NCBI RefSeq assembly: GCF_963921235.1
Contig: NC_086097.1
Location: 6,634,001 to 6,698,000 of the forward strand
Direction: 5' to 3'
DNA: 64,000 nt
Source of the DNA: Mobula hypostoma
Taxonomy: Eukaryota
Shown one piece after another: positions 35,406 to 48,372 of this stretch (position 1 is the stretch's first letter; each line of letters starts with the position of its first letter). The notes beneath the pieces were generated by a model, which was not told the DNA's origin, searched no databases, and worked only from the letters and a program-made list of their open reading frames with translations. The translations under genes and the position numbers were made by a program.

Positions 35406-36004
35406 TTTTCAATTACTCTCACCTTGAGTATTCTCAAAGCATTCTGGGCCCTCTGGCTGTTAATAGCCAACGATGATCTCTGCATACAGAACTTTATAGA
35501 ATCCCTCTACTTCATTTGCTTCCTTCTGCTGAATCTATTAACATTTGCTCAAATTGCTGCTATTCCTCAGATTCAGAGCATGACAGATTGCATCTGTAAG
35601 GAACTCCCGGCTCCAGGTGCCAACGTGGGGCTGCTTGCCAACCAGGTAGGCACTCTTGACCTGAGCATGCCATGTGCATGGTAGTTAGCTACGTCAGTTG
35701 TATTTCAGCTCAGAGAGTGGGCGGATGGGTTGCTCATGATAGGTAATGGTCATCTTTTCAAAGCTTCGCTCTAAGATCCTAATATTGGAAGAGATGGAAT
35801 TATAAACTCAGTTATGGGCCATGAGGATAAACTTTGAATTAAGCAATTTTGTTTATCTTTCAGTGCTGTTTTGTTTGTCAGGTCATAAAACCATGAGAAA
35901 CAGGAGCAGAATTAGGCCATTTAGCCCACCAAATCTGGTCCGCCATTTCATTCTGCCTCTTAACCCTGTTCTCCTGTCTTCTCACAATAACCTTTGTTGC
36001 CCTG

Positions 36005-36187
36005 TGAGTTATTATGTGTGTATGTAATAAAGAACTTCAGTTCCCAGCGTGCAAAGCGAGTGGCTCACCTGGAACCAGAAGTGACATTGGTGAGTTGGTC
36101 ACACTCTGTTATGGAGTGTACTGTGAATAAAATATGTGCTACTGTTTTTACCCACACTGTTTGTGTTTATTAAGAACAAAGATAACA
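36005..36187 (+). mobile_element. Short solo LTR (183 bp)
   Basis: TG...ATAACA, internal AATAAA, 5-bp TSD CCCTG at 36000-36004 and 36188-36192. Confidence 0.72.
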
Positions 36188-36429
36188 CCCTGACTAATCA
36201 AGAATCTATCAACCACTGCTTCAGGTATACCCAGTGACTTGGCCTCCACACCCATCTTTGGCCATGAATTTCACAGATTCACTACCCTCTGGCTAAAGTA
36301 ATGCCTCTTCATGTATGTGCTAATGGGACATGCTTTTATTCTGAGATTATACCCTCTGGTCCTAGACTAACCCACTATCAGAAATATCCTTTCTAGATCC
36401 ACTCCATCTAAGCCTTTCAATATTCTTTT

Positions 36430-36568
36430 CTATTTATTTTTATTGAGATCCAGCACGGTCCTTCCAGTCCCTGGAGACGCACCATCCAACAACCCCCTAG
36501 TGTAATCATGGGACAATTTACAATGACCAATTAACCTACCAACCGGTACATGTTTGGACTGTGGGAGG

Positions 36569-36617
<49 letters not shown>

Positions 36618-36710
36618 GAATGTACAAACTGCTTACAGGTAGCAGCGGAAAATGAACCGGGGTTGCTGGTACTGTAAAGCGTTGTGCTAATCACCACGCT
36701 ATTGTGCTAC
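36430..36710 (-). mobile_element. V-SINE/HE1-like SINE containing a (CA)n microsatellite (36571-36613)
   Basis: SINE central domain flanks about 21 CA units. Confidence 0.75.
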
Positions 36711-36759
36711 TCAATAGGTTTCAATGAGATGCCCCACCTTCATTGTGTACAGGCCTAGA

Positions 36760-37813
36760 CCACAGTCAGCCCGTGTTGGCAGGAACATCTCTGACTCCAT
36801 CACACTGAGCACTGGATCCCCACAAGGCTGTGTGCTTAGCCCATTGCTGTTTACACTGCTAACACACGACTAGGCAGTCAGATTCAAGGAGAACCTGATC
36901 ATTAAATTTGCAGATGATACCACAGTGGTGGGGCTCATCAGCAAAAATGATGAAACTATGTACAGGGAGGAGGTCAAACACCTAGAGAGCTGGTGCAAGA
37001 AAAACAACTTGATGCTTAATGTCACCAAAACCAAGGAGATGATCGTCGATTTCAGACGGTCTCAGACTGAGCACACACCCCTCAGCATCAGCGGCTCCAC
37101 AGTGGAGAGAGTGGAAAACATCAAGTTCCTTGGGGTGCAGATCTTGAACAATCTCACCTGGTCCAGGAACACCACTGGAATTGTGAAACAGGCACAGCAG
37201 AGACTGCACTTTCTGAGGAAACTTAAACAAGCATCACTCCCCACTAACATCTTAACTACGTTCTACAGAGGCGTGGTTGAGAGTGTGCTGACCTTTTGCA
37301 TCACAACCTGGTACTCCAGCTGCAGTGCTGTCGACAAAAAAGCCTTGCAGAGGGTGGTTAGGGGAGCAGAGAAGGTTATTGGGGTCTCCCTACCTTCTGT
37401 CCAAGACCTCTTTCAGAGTCGATGCCTCAGGAAGACACGGTACATCATTAAAGTCCCCTCACACCCTCACCATGAACTGTTTGTTCTTCTGCCATCAGGT
37501 AAACATTTCAGGAGCATCAAAACTAAAACCACAAGGCTACTAAACAGCTTCCTCCCACAGGCAGTCAGACTGCTAAATAGCTGCTCTACCTGACTCTGCT
37601 TTGGACACTTTTAACTTGCACTGGACACTTATAACTGATTTAACTGACATGTGGCTGTTGTGTTTTACTATTTATTGTTATGTTTATTATTTAGTGTTGT
37701 GTTTGTTATGTTATGATTGCACTGCCCCTGAGGAACGCTGTCTCATTCTGCCCTGCAGAGCTGATGTATGGTTAGAATGACAATAACGTTTTTTGAATCT
37801 TTGAATCTTTGAA
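36760..37813 (+). mobile_element. Young Rex/Babar-type LINE, 5'-truncated
   Basis: STGSPQGCVLSPLLF, IKFADDT, open ORF 36925-37593, (TGAATCTT)n tail, TSD CCTAGA at 36754-36759 and 37814-37819. Confidence 0.9.
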
Positions 37814-39325
37814 CCTAGAGCCATTAAACACTCCGCATACAACAACCTTTTCTCTCCTGGGATAATTTTCGTGAACTTCCTTTGGACCATCTCCAATGCC
37901 AGCACATCTTTTCTAAGACAAGAGTCGCAAAACTCCTCATAGTTAGATAGATACTTTATTGAACCCAGAGGAAATTACAGTGTCACAGTAACATTACAAG
38001 TGCACAGATACACAAATATACAAATATTAGAAGAGAATTAAGAAAGACTAAAAAATAAGTTTCCTCAAACAGTCTAACAGGAGGGGAGTCATCATTTCCC
38101 TGTTGACTCATTAAAGAGCCTAATGGCCGAAAGGACATAATGCTCCGAGTGCAGTCTGACCAATGCTTTATAAAGCCTTCTCTATAATATCTGATTATAA
38201 TTTTCAGTGGGAAACTTCACTCACATCATATTTGTTTGTATTGTGCTGTTTTCTCTTTTTTTTAATGCTGGGACTAAATTATTTTCTTCCTACGTCACAG
38301 CAAGATTTTAATGCAAATCAATTGCAAATAAATTTATCAAGTTAAATTGAAATGATACTGATTCCTCTGCTATTTACATCAATGTTAATTTGTAGTTCAT
38401 TAGCAGAATGTGTGATTCAAGAGGTGTAAGATTCTCAATGTCAAATTCCTCTCTCTCCCCCGTAAAGTCACTTTGGTTCCTTATCGTGCAACCTTGCAAG
38501 AATCTATTTGAATTCACTCACTTGAAGCAAATGTATCTGAATGTCAGGAAGCCACATCAAACACTTTACCTTTTTTTTGGTAGGTTTCAAACATCTTATT
38601 GGTATTATTATTTCCTCCTGTTCCTTATGCATCAGTTATACCGGGAGGAAGACGTTAGAGTAATTCACCTGCACCTTCATTTAATCAATGCACACGCTGT
38701 CCATTCTCATAGTACTTCATCTGTCACTTCTCACCTTCAAAATCCTTCTCTCTGTCAGTCTTTGCATTATAGCCTTCTTCATCCAGAGTTCTTACAATCT
38801 GAATTGCCTTGAGGACAATCAGCAAAAGGTTTTTACGAGCAATTTGAAAAAATGTCAATCAAAATATTCTTATCAAAAGCTGAAAAGATTCTTGGTGCAT
38901 TTGTACAATTTGCATCACTGAATGAATGAACTGATGTTTAGCAGATTTAAGCACCGAGCCAGACTAAAAAAGATTAAGGCATTGTGGTTGAGGGGTAAAG
39001 GACGAAGCAATGTTCAGCTCCCCACTCTCTGAGGCCTTTACTCACTTCAGTGCTGAAATAGCTCTGCAGCTGCAGATTGAAGCTATCGACACCCACCTCA
39101 GAATTGAACTGGCTTCGTGGCTGTGGACTGCAGTCATCGGGCTCCTAGATCGGCTGCAGGCTGAACTGGCTTCGTGGCTGTGGACACACTTTCAGGGACT
39201 CTGTGGTTCATGTTCTGTCTGTTTATCTTTTGATTATTTGCATGGTTTGATCTTTTTATCACATGTTGGATGTTTGACAGACTTTGTTGTGTGAGAAATT
39301 TTTGTGGATTCTATAGTGTTTCTTT

Positions 39326-39540
39326 AGCCGGCTGGTGGGGCAGTGGCATCTGCACTGAACTTCAAGGTGAGTGATTCTGGGCTTGAATCTGGCCGGCCCC
39401 TTGCATGCCTTCCTTCTGTGCTGGGTTGAGCTTCGAGCTAGCAACTCAGTCTCATAAAAAATAGACAAAAATGCTAAAGACATGACAAGGTTGCTGCCCG
39501 ATGCGCCATAAAGGTGCGAAGGGGAATAACAATAACAATT
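39326..39540 (+). mobile_element. tRNA-derived SINE with short-repeat tail
   Basis: tRNA-like head GCCGGC...GCCGGC, AATAAC tail; TSD GTGTTTCTTT at 39316-39325 and 39541-39550. Confidence 0.72.
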
Positions 39541-39654
39541 GTGTTTCTTTGCTTTTGGGCTGCCTGCAAGAAGATAAATCTCAAGTTTGCATTTGATAAA
39601 CAGTCTATACTTCGACAACAAATGTACTTTGAACTTTGAATGCAGCACTTAAAA

Positions 39655-40262
39655 CATTACTCCGGTGAATGATATCTGTTATCTGTCAAGTAGGGGACCG
39701 TGCACAATTCTGATTTGATGGAGACGGATGTGAGAGTATGGAGGAACATCTGGAAAACTTCTGAAATGCCCGCTTCACTGCTGCTGCTACTGTGTGGTAA
39801 CTGGAATCTCCAGAGCTGAAGGTCCCAAATCCTTGGCTTCACTTGTTTCAGCGGCCGGGACTAGGTTGAAGGCGCTCGGGAGGCTCGAAGTTTTCGGACG
39901 GATGGACTCAGTGCCGGCTGTGGTCGGCTGCTTCCAAGGCATCGGTAAGTTGGCAGTGCCTGGTGGTTTATGGCAGGGAGTTTCTCCCTTTTGCCGCCTG
40001 CTATTGGGGACTCGGGAGTCAATCGACTTGGGACTTTGAGATATTTTTTACCATGCCCATGGTTTGTTCTTCATCAAATTATGGTATTGCTTTGCACTGC
40101 TGTAACTATATGTTATAATTATGTGGTTCTGTCAGTGTTGGTCTTTGGTTTGTCCTGTTTTCCGTGATATCGCTCCGGAGAAACATTGTATCATTTCTCA
40201 ATGCATGTATGCATTTCTAAATGACAATAAAGGAGGACTGAGTGTTCTCATAATCATAATCT
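39655..40262 (+). mobile_element. Non-autonomous LINE-derived element, family A
   Basis: Homologous to 19381-19905 and 33086-33764. Confidence 0.75.
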
Positions 40263-41294
40263 AGAAGTATTATCTCACTCCAAAGAGCAGACATTTGATA
40301 GTCAGGATTCAGATTGTCTATCACCTAAACTAATATTTACAAACTACAGAAGAACTTTGATAATCTGGTATCTGTTTGGAAATCCCAATGCTGAGACAGG
40401 GGCTTGCAGGGTGAGCAAGATGATTGTCCTCCAAAGGGGTTATTTATTGCTGGGTCCTCAAGTGGCTGAGCAGACCATCCAGGCCATGCTCTCTTCTTTC
40501 TGCTGCCGTCAGGAAGGAGGTACAGGAACCTCAGATTCTACACCATTATGTTTAGTAAAAGTTATTACTCCTCCACTATCAACTCTTGAACCAGAAGGGA
40601 TAATTTCACTCACCCCAACACTGAACTGATTCCATAACTTATGGACTCACTTTTAAAGACTCTAAGACTCATATTCTCAATATTTTTTGCTTTTTTTTGT
40701 CTTTTGTAAATTAGTTGTCCATCTTTGTGTATGCATTTTTCATTAATTCTGTTGTGTTTCTTTGTATTTACTGTGAATGTAAAATGAATTTCAGGGTAGT
40801 ATATGGTGACATTTATGTACTTTGACAATACAGTTACACTGAACCTTTGCAGAGGCTGATGCGGGACCTACATAACCAGAATATTAGGGACGATTCTCTT
40901 AATAGAGAATGAGTGAGCATGAATTTGTTTAAAGTGGGGAGGCAGATACATGGGCAGCCACCACACCACTATGGTCCAGGTCATGGTGCATGGATGACTG
41001 GGGAACCATCACTGCTGCAGCTTTCCTGCATCTTCACTGTCATTGTGATGCATCATCATCTTCCACCAGCTCTATCACTGAGGTCCTGGTTGGATCGTTG
41101 TTTGTCTGGAACGTTCCTCCTGACCTTACCGCCGTGAATTACCCTGTCAGAATCGAAGTGCCGGATGGCTAAACTCCAGATGGGATCACTCGAGGAATAC
41201 TAACAACACAGAAGAATCGACAGTCTTCAGAGCTGGATGTATACTAGGAGCTGAGGATCTAGAGTGCAGTCCTGATCCCTTGCTGGGGTAGAGA

Positions 41295-41985
41295 TCCAGA
41301 TTCAAATTCAAAGTTTGACGTAAGTTTATTATTAAACTTATACGACACCATATACAACCTGAGATTTGTTTCCTTGTGGGCATACTCTGTAAATCCAAAA
41401 ACCATAATAGAGTCAAAGCAAGATCACATCCAACAGGATGGACAATCAAAGTGCAAAAGACAACAAACTGTGCAAATACAAAAAGGAAAAAAATAATTGT
41501 AATAAATAAGCAAGCAATAAATCTGAAGAAAATGAGGTGAAGAGTCCTTGAAAGTGAGTTCATAGGTCATGAGAACAGTTCACTATTGGGGTGAATGAAG
41601 TTATCTCCTTTGGTTCAAAAGTCAGATGAGTGGTAATAATTGTTGCTGAACCTGATGATGTGAGTCCTGAGGATCCTGTACCTTCTTCCTAATGGGAGCA
41701 TTTTATGTGTGTTACTTTGTATAGGATTTGCATTTAAGGACACTGTTGTTTCTATACCTGGTTGTGATTCATCCAGCCAATATACTCTGCACCATGTGCA
41801 TCTATAGAAGTATGTCAAAGTTTTAGATGTCATGCTGAATGTTTGCAAACTTCTAAGGAAGTAGAGGTGCTGCCATGCTTCCTTCACAATTGCACTTAGG
41901 CGCTGAGCCCAGAACAAGTCCCTGTAGTGATAACACCAATGAATTTAAAGTTGCTGCCTGCTCCACCTCTGATCCCCTGATGAGT
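41295..41985 (-). mobile_element. Rex/Babar-type LINE 3' fragment
   Basis: KEAWQHLYFLRSLQTFSMTSKTLTYFYRC plus tail. Confidence 0.72.
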
Positions 41986-42189
41986 GATGAGTACGGATTG
42001 GACACTGGGTTCCGGATAACAGGCTGGATGTGCTTCTGGAGCTGGGATTATAATGCTTGATTATTTCAGGTTGAGATCCTTCATCAGGATTTTGTTTTGT
42101 GGAAGCAGGTTCTGTTCACCTGTCCCCTTTCAACTCACAGCAACTCAGTTTCTCGTTTCCATTAAGTGCTAGAAAATTTATTTATAAAT

Positions 42190-42570
42190 CCATAAAACCA
42201 TAAGACATAGGAGCAGAATTAGGCCATTTGGCTCATCAAGTCTGCTCTGTCATTCCATCATGGCTGATTTATCATTCTTCTCAACACCATTTTCTGCCTT
42301 CTCCCTGTAACCTTTCACACCATGACAAATGCAGAACCTATCAATCTCCATTTTAAATGACCTGGCCTGCACAGGCATCCGTGGTAATGAATTCCACACA
42401 TTCACCACCCTCTGGCTCAAGAAATATTTTATATTCTCTGTTCTTAATAGGTGTCCCTCTCTTCTGAGATTGTGCCCACTGGTACAAGACTCCCGCTTAA
42501 TTGGAAACTCCCTCTTCACATCCACTCTGTCTTGGCCTTCCAGTATTCGATGGATTTTAATGAGATTCAA
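42190..42570 (-). mobile_element. CR1 3' end
   Basis: TSGHNLR..FLSQRVVNVWNSLP plus tail. Confidence 0.8.
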
Positions 42571-42909
42571 TTCAATTCAAGTTTAATTGTCATTTAACCA
42601 TACAGGAATACTCATAAATATAGCCATGCGAGAGAGTGTGACTCTGGGGCCAAGGCACGACAACACATTACCAACAGTCAGGCACAACAAACACACACAG
42701 GATCACAATTACATAATAAGAGACTCCACACCCCCCTCCCCACTTGTGACTTGATGCCCAGTCATTGCACATACAAGTCAAAAAAAAACCCATACCTTAA
42801 CCCTTTCATTCCTGGGATCATTCTCATGAAACTCCAGTGGATCCTCTCCAATTCCAGCACATCTTTACTAATGAAACCCACTTTAACTGGGCATCACTGG
42901 AAATGTGAC

Positions 42910-43510
42910 TTGTTAGCCCCTCAGTAACAACCATTGGATTCCATGATGATAAACCTACCTTTCTCCAGCTTCGTATATCTAGGGCGTATACGACTTTGTC
43001 CCACCAAATCTGTGAGATTGGGATGTCTCACCCACCCAAACCCCGGTTTGTGTAAATGCCCTGCAATAGCCCTTCAGCATGAAATAACAGATCACACAGT
43101 GCATACAATTATAAAGAAATATATTTGTGAACGTTACTTAATCAAAGAGTTAGTAAAGAAAACAAAGAAAAAAAAACAAAAGGACCCATTATAATTAAAC
43201 AGTCAATGTGTAGAGGCTGGAGCTCAAATCTTCCAAAAGCCATATTCACCAACCCTTGGCAGACCTCTACGCCTGGGCTCCATTGAATTACGTTTCCCCA
43301 CCAGATCGAATCCTACGACTGTTTCTCTCCAGCGTCTTCTCTCTTCATCTCCCACCGAACAACAACAAAGACCCACCACTGGTGTCAGTCACAAAACCTC
43401 TCCCCCAGCCTTCTCTAGAAACTTCTCCCCACTCCACTCTCCTGACTGGATGGCCCACATTCCTAAGCATCCCTTATCACCCACAGTAACCCACACACTG
43501 CTTCTACAGA
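42910..43510 (-). mobile_element. Probable partial solo LTR
   Basis: Organisation resembles 14159-14829; termini and TSD not resolved. Confidence 0.35.
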
Positions 43511-45563
43511 AAATATTTCACTATTTAGAAAATAGCCTACTCCATTACTCCTTCTACAAAGGTGCAGGACCATACATTTCCCTACACCATATTCCATCTG
43601 CCACGTCTTTGCCTATTTGCCTAATCTGAATACGTCCTTCTGCAGACTCCCTGCTTTCTCAGTACTACCTGTCTCTGTACCTATTTTCATATCATCTGCA
43701 AACATGGCCACAAAGACATCAACTCCGTCTTTCAAATCATTGACATATAACATGAAAAGAAGCAGTCAGAATACAAACCCCTGCGGAACACCGCTGATCA
43801 CCGGCAGCCAACCAGAAAAGGCTCCGTTTAACCCCACTATTTGTTTCCTGGCAGTCAGCTAATCTTCAATCAATGCTAGTATCTTTCCTGTAATACCATG
43901 GACCCTTAACTTGTTTAGCAATTTCATGTGCAGAACCTTGTCAAAGTTATTCTGAAAATCCAAGTACACAACATCCACCAATTCTCCTTTGTCTCTCCTG
44001 CTTGTTATTTCTTCGAAGAGTTCCTACTGATTGGTCAGGCAAGATACTCCTTTAAGGAAACCATACCGACCTTGGCTAATTTTGTCATGTGCCTCCAAGT
44101 ACCCCAAAACCTCATCCTTTTTAATAGACTCCAACATCTTTCCAACCACAGAAGTCAGGCTAACTGTCCTATAATTTCCTTCCTTCTGCTTTCCTTCCAT
44201 CTTAAAGAGCGGACAGACACAAGATATATATGTTTGCAATTTTCCAGTCATCCGAAACCATTCCGGAATTTAGTGATTCCTCCACAATCTCTTCAGCTAT
44301 CTCTTTAAGAACTCTGGAGTGTAGTCCCTCTGGTCCAGGTGATTCATCTGCCTTCAGACTTTTCATCTTCCCAGGCACTGCTTTCTCTAAGTTATAGCAA
44401 CAACACTCACTTCTGCCCCTTGACACTCTCACATTTCTAACATTCTGCTACTGTCTTCCTCAATGATAACTGGCATAAAATACCACCGTTTCTTTCTCTC
44501 CCATTACTACCTCACCAACATCATTTCCAGTAGCCATTTACACCTCTCTTTTACTATTTAAATATCTGAAAAAACTTTTTGTATCCTCCTTTATATTATT
44601 GGCTATCTTGCCTTCATATTTCATCTTTTTCCCCCTTATGGCTTTTTTTAGTTGTCTCTTGTTGGTTTTTAGAAGTTTCCTAATCCTCCAACTTCCATCT
44701 GTTTTTTGTTCTATTATATGCCCTCCCATTTTCTTTTATGTTGCCTTTGACTTCCCTTATCGGCCACTGTTGCCACATCCTCCCTTTAAAATACTTCCTC
44801 ATCTTTGGAACATATATATCTTGTGTCTTCTGAATTGCTCTTAGTAATACAGCCATTGCTGTTCTGCTATCATCTCTGCTGGTGTCCCCTTCCAATCAAT
44901 TTTGAGCAGCTCCTTTCAAAGACCTCCGTAATTCCCTTTACCCCACTGTAATACTGATACATTCAATTTCAGCTTCTCCTTCTCAAACTGCAGGGTGAAG
45001 ACTGTCATACAGTATATGATCACTACCTCCTAAGGATTCTTTTACCCAAAGCTCCTAATCACATTGGGTTCATTACATAATATCCCATCAAGAATTTCTA
45101 TTCACATAGCGGGCTCAATCACAAGCAGCTCTAAAAAGCTGTCTCATAGGCTTTGTACAAATTCCCTCTTTTGGGATCAAGCACCTAGCTGATTTGTCAT
45201 GGTCTGGCCCGTGAAGTCCGCATTCCGGTTCACATTGTCTGGTCCATTGATCCGTATTCCAGGTTTTCTAGTTTTCCCTTGTCCTGTTGTGCCCCTTAAT
45301 TGAGCCACATGATTCTGATTTTGAGCTGGCTACATAAATAGCTCTTGGGTTCAGCTTCAGTTTCTGGACTGTTCCCTTCCCTTCCCCTCCCTTCTGAAGT
45401 CTCACCTGCTAACTTTGCCTGAAGCCTTACCTGCTACCTTTGCCTGTGTCCTCGCCTGTAATGCTATCAGGTTCAACCACCAGTGCAAGACCGGTGCCTT
45501 GCTGTGTCTAGATAAGGAACTGTCTTTCGCTGTTTGGAACTGTCTCTTTGTGTCTTCACCTTC

Positions 45564-45800
45564 GCTAGGCAGGTCCGGCCATTTGTCGTTGCATTGGGTT
45601 GGGAACTGTCTCAGTGTCCACGCCTTTGCTAGGTAGGTCGGGCCATTTGCCATTACCTTGAGTTTGGAAATATCTCTGTGTCCACGCCTTTGCTAGGTAT
45701 GTCCAGCCGTTTGCCACTACCTTGTGTTGGGAACCGTCTCTTTGTGCCCTCACGTCTGCTGGGTAGGTCCGGCTGTTTGCTGCTACCTTGAGTGGAGATC
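45564..45800 (+). repeat. About 64-bp tandem repeat, four units
   Basis: GCTAGG-type unit starts at 45564, 45628, 45692 and 45758. Confidence 0.85.
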
Positions 45801-45929
45801 TGTCTCTCAGTGTTCTGTGTATAAGTCCTGGCCCTACGTCCTTCTCCCAAGGAGGGGTCCTGACTCTGTGTAGAGCCCCGGCTACAAGTCCTGTTCCCAA
45901 GGAGGGTTCCCAGCTCTGTGTTCCATGTT

Positions 45930-46080
45930 CCTGTTCCCCCTCGACCAAGGCCCTGCATTCCAGTTCCCCCTCAACCAAGGCCCTGCTTTCCGGTTCCAGC
46001 TTGACCAAGGCCCTGCGTTCTGGTTCCCCCTCGACCAAGGCCCAGTGTTCCAGTTCCCGCTCGACCAAGGCCAGGCTTCG
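45930..46080 (+). repeat. 30-bp tandem repeat, five units
   Basis: TCGACCAAGG-like motif at 45941, 45971, 46001, 46031 and 46061. Confidence 0.9.
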
Positions 46081-47824
46081 TGTTCTCGCCCTGTCCATGT
46101 GCCTTGCCCTGCCCCGGAGTACCTTGCCCAGCCCAGTGCTGGGGTTCCCTCGTCCTGTCCAGGAGTCTCACATCCAGTCCTGTTGCTTCTCCTCATCCTG
46201 TAGCCATGTCTTGTTCTAACCTAGATCCGGGGTCCGAGCCCAATTCAAGACCCAGGTTGTAGTTCCCTGTCCAGTCTCTAACTCAGAGTCCTTGTCCAGG
46301 TTCCAAGTTCCTAGTTCCTCGTCCAGGTCCCGCTTTCCTAGTCTAGTCCTAGCCTAGGCCCTGTATCCTTGCCTTGTCCAGGGCCTGTGTCTTGTCCAGC
46401 GTTGTTTCTTCCCCATTTCCCTTGCTTGCTTGACACATCTAGTCCTGTTCCTAGTACCTCAGTGTCTGTGTCTTGCATTTGGGTCCGCCCCCAACGCACC
46501 CTTATGACAGGATTTTCCCAATCTACCTGCATATTGACGTCCCCATGACTATCGTAACATTGCCCTTCTTACACATCTTTTCTATCTCCCACTGTAATTT
46601 GTAGCTCACGTTGTGGCTTCTACTCAGAGGCCTGTATACAACTCCTGTCAGGGTTCTTCTTTACCCTCGTATCTTCTTAACTCTGCCCACAAGGATTCTA
46701 TATCTTTCGATCCTATGTCACCTCCTTTTAAGGATTTGATTTCAATTTTTACCAACAGAGCCTCCGCATCCCCTCTTGCTACCTGCTTGTTATACTTTAA
46801 CTCGCCCCACTGACTACAATGTTGCCCTCTCAGTTGTCTGTCCTTCCTGACAGCCTCACTACACACCGTGTCTGCTTGTTTACTAACTGGCGCATCCTCA
46901 GCCTATCTCTCTGGTTCCCATCCCCCAGTCAAATTAATTTAAACCCTCCTCCACAGCGCTAGCAAAACGGCCTCCAAGATTGAGGTCCCCCTCTGGTTCA
47001 AGTGTAACCTGTCCTTTTTGTACAGGTTATACCTTCCCCAGAAGAGATCCCATTGATCCAGAAATCTGAACCCCTGCCCCCAGCATCAATTCCTTAGCCA
47101 CACATTCATCTCCTATTCTTACCCTCACTGGTGCGAGGCACAGGCAGCAATCTAGAGGTTACTACCCTGGATGTTTGGCATTTCAGCTTTCTGCCTAACT
47201 CCCTATATTTTCTCTTCACGACCTCCTCCCTTTTCCTGCCTATGTCATTGGTACCAATATGTACCAAGACGTCTGGTTGTTCACCTTCCCTCTTTAGAAT
47301 GACACGGACCTAATTTGAGACATCCCTGACCCTGGTACCCGGGAGGCAACACACCATCTTAGTCTCTCTTTGACATCCCCAGAATCTTGTGTCTAACTAT
47401 AGAATCTCCCATCACTACTGCAGTCCCTTATTGCCCTTCTGAGCCACAGAGCCAGAGATCTGGTTGCTACAGCTTCTCCCTAGTAGGCCATTCCCAACAA
47501 CAGTAACCAAAGTGGTATACTTGTTATTCAGGGGAAGAACCACTGTGTACTGGCTGCACGTTCCCTTTCCCTCTCCTGACAGTCACCCATGTACCTGCCT
47601 CCTGCAAATTGGGGGTGACTAGCTCCCTGTAACTCCTATCTATCACCTGCTCAGTTCCTTGTATGAGCTGAAGCTCCAGTTCCTTCCCCGAAGGAGCTGC
47701 AGCCTAGTGACTTTGTGCAGATGCAGTTAACCAAAGGCTGGTGGTCTTTCGGTGTTCCCCCATCTCACACAAGGAACATGCCACTAACTCTGGAACTAAT
47801 CTCAGTGTACTAGCTATGTACCAT

Positions 47825-48372
47825 AAAGGTTTCCTCCGAAAGCTCCAGTTTCCTCCCACATTCCAAAGACGTACCGGTTAGTAGGTTAATTGATCGTTAT
47901 AGTTGTCCTGTGATTCATTCGTTCATTTATTATGTCCCGTGTTGTATGACGTGGACAAACAGGGTCTTTCCATGACCTTGATTGTTCTTGGTAAATTTTT
48001 CTACAGAAGTGGTTTGCCATTGTCTTCATCTAGACAGTCCCTTTACAAGGCGGGTGACCCCAGCCATTATCAATACTCTTCAGTGATTGTCTGCCTGGCG
48101 TCAGTGGTCGCATAACCAGGACTTGTGATATGCACCAGCTGCTCACACGACCATCCACCACCTGCTCCCATGGCTTCACGTGACCCTGATCAGGGGATAA
48201 GCAGGTGGAGGGAAGGAGCATCTTACACCTCCTTTGGTAGAGACCTATCTCCACCCCGCCTTCCGTTCCTGTGAATAGACTAGGGTTACATAAGTGGCTT
48301 GCCAAGTGGTGAGGCTCAAGGGGTGGAAGCGTCTGTTCTGTGCTGTTATCTCCAAATAAGTAAAATAAATAA
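47825..48372 (+). mobile_element. V-SINE interrupted by a second, minus-strand SINE (about 47915-48262)
   Basis: TCCTGTGA duplicated at about 47906 and 48267; the inner element also occurs partially at about 17770-17920. Confidence 0.65.

Larger units (their letters stand above)
35880..37940 (-). mobile_element. CR1 3' fragment hosting a solo LTR, a SINE and a Rex element
   Basis: CR1 tail at about 35885; contiguous CR1 sequence between the inserts. Confidence 0.72.
45195..46509 (+). mobile_element. Long solo LTR (1315 bp) with internal tandem arrays
   Basis: TGTCAT...ATGACA termini; 5-bp TSD TGATT/GGATT; host CR1 rejoins across it. Confidence 0.85.
43520..47720 (-). mobile_element. CR1 LINE, long and decayed, interrupted by a solo LTR
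   Basis: RT (NYRTVSLTSVVGKMLES), endonuclease (ESLWAELR) and ORF1 esterase (VHIGTND at about 47245-47265) remnants. Confidence 0.85.

Noticed and set aside
39326..39400. tRNA gene
   Set aside because: It is the degenerate tRNA-like head of a TSD-flanked SINE; the same applies to the V-SINE heads.
45564..46080. Regularly spaced repeats as a CRISPR array
   Set aside because: Units are head-to-tail with no unique spacers, lie inside a eukaryotic solo LTR, and have no cas genes nearby.
45565..46098. 177-aa ORF with RALVEGE repeats
   Set aside because: It is the translation of the 30-bp tandem repeat; several frames are open for the same reason.
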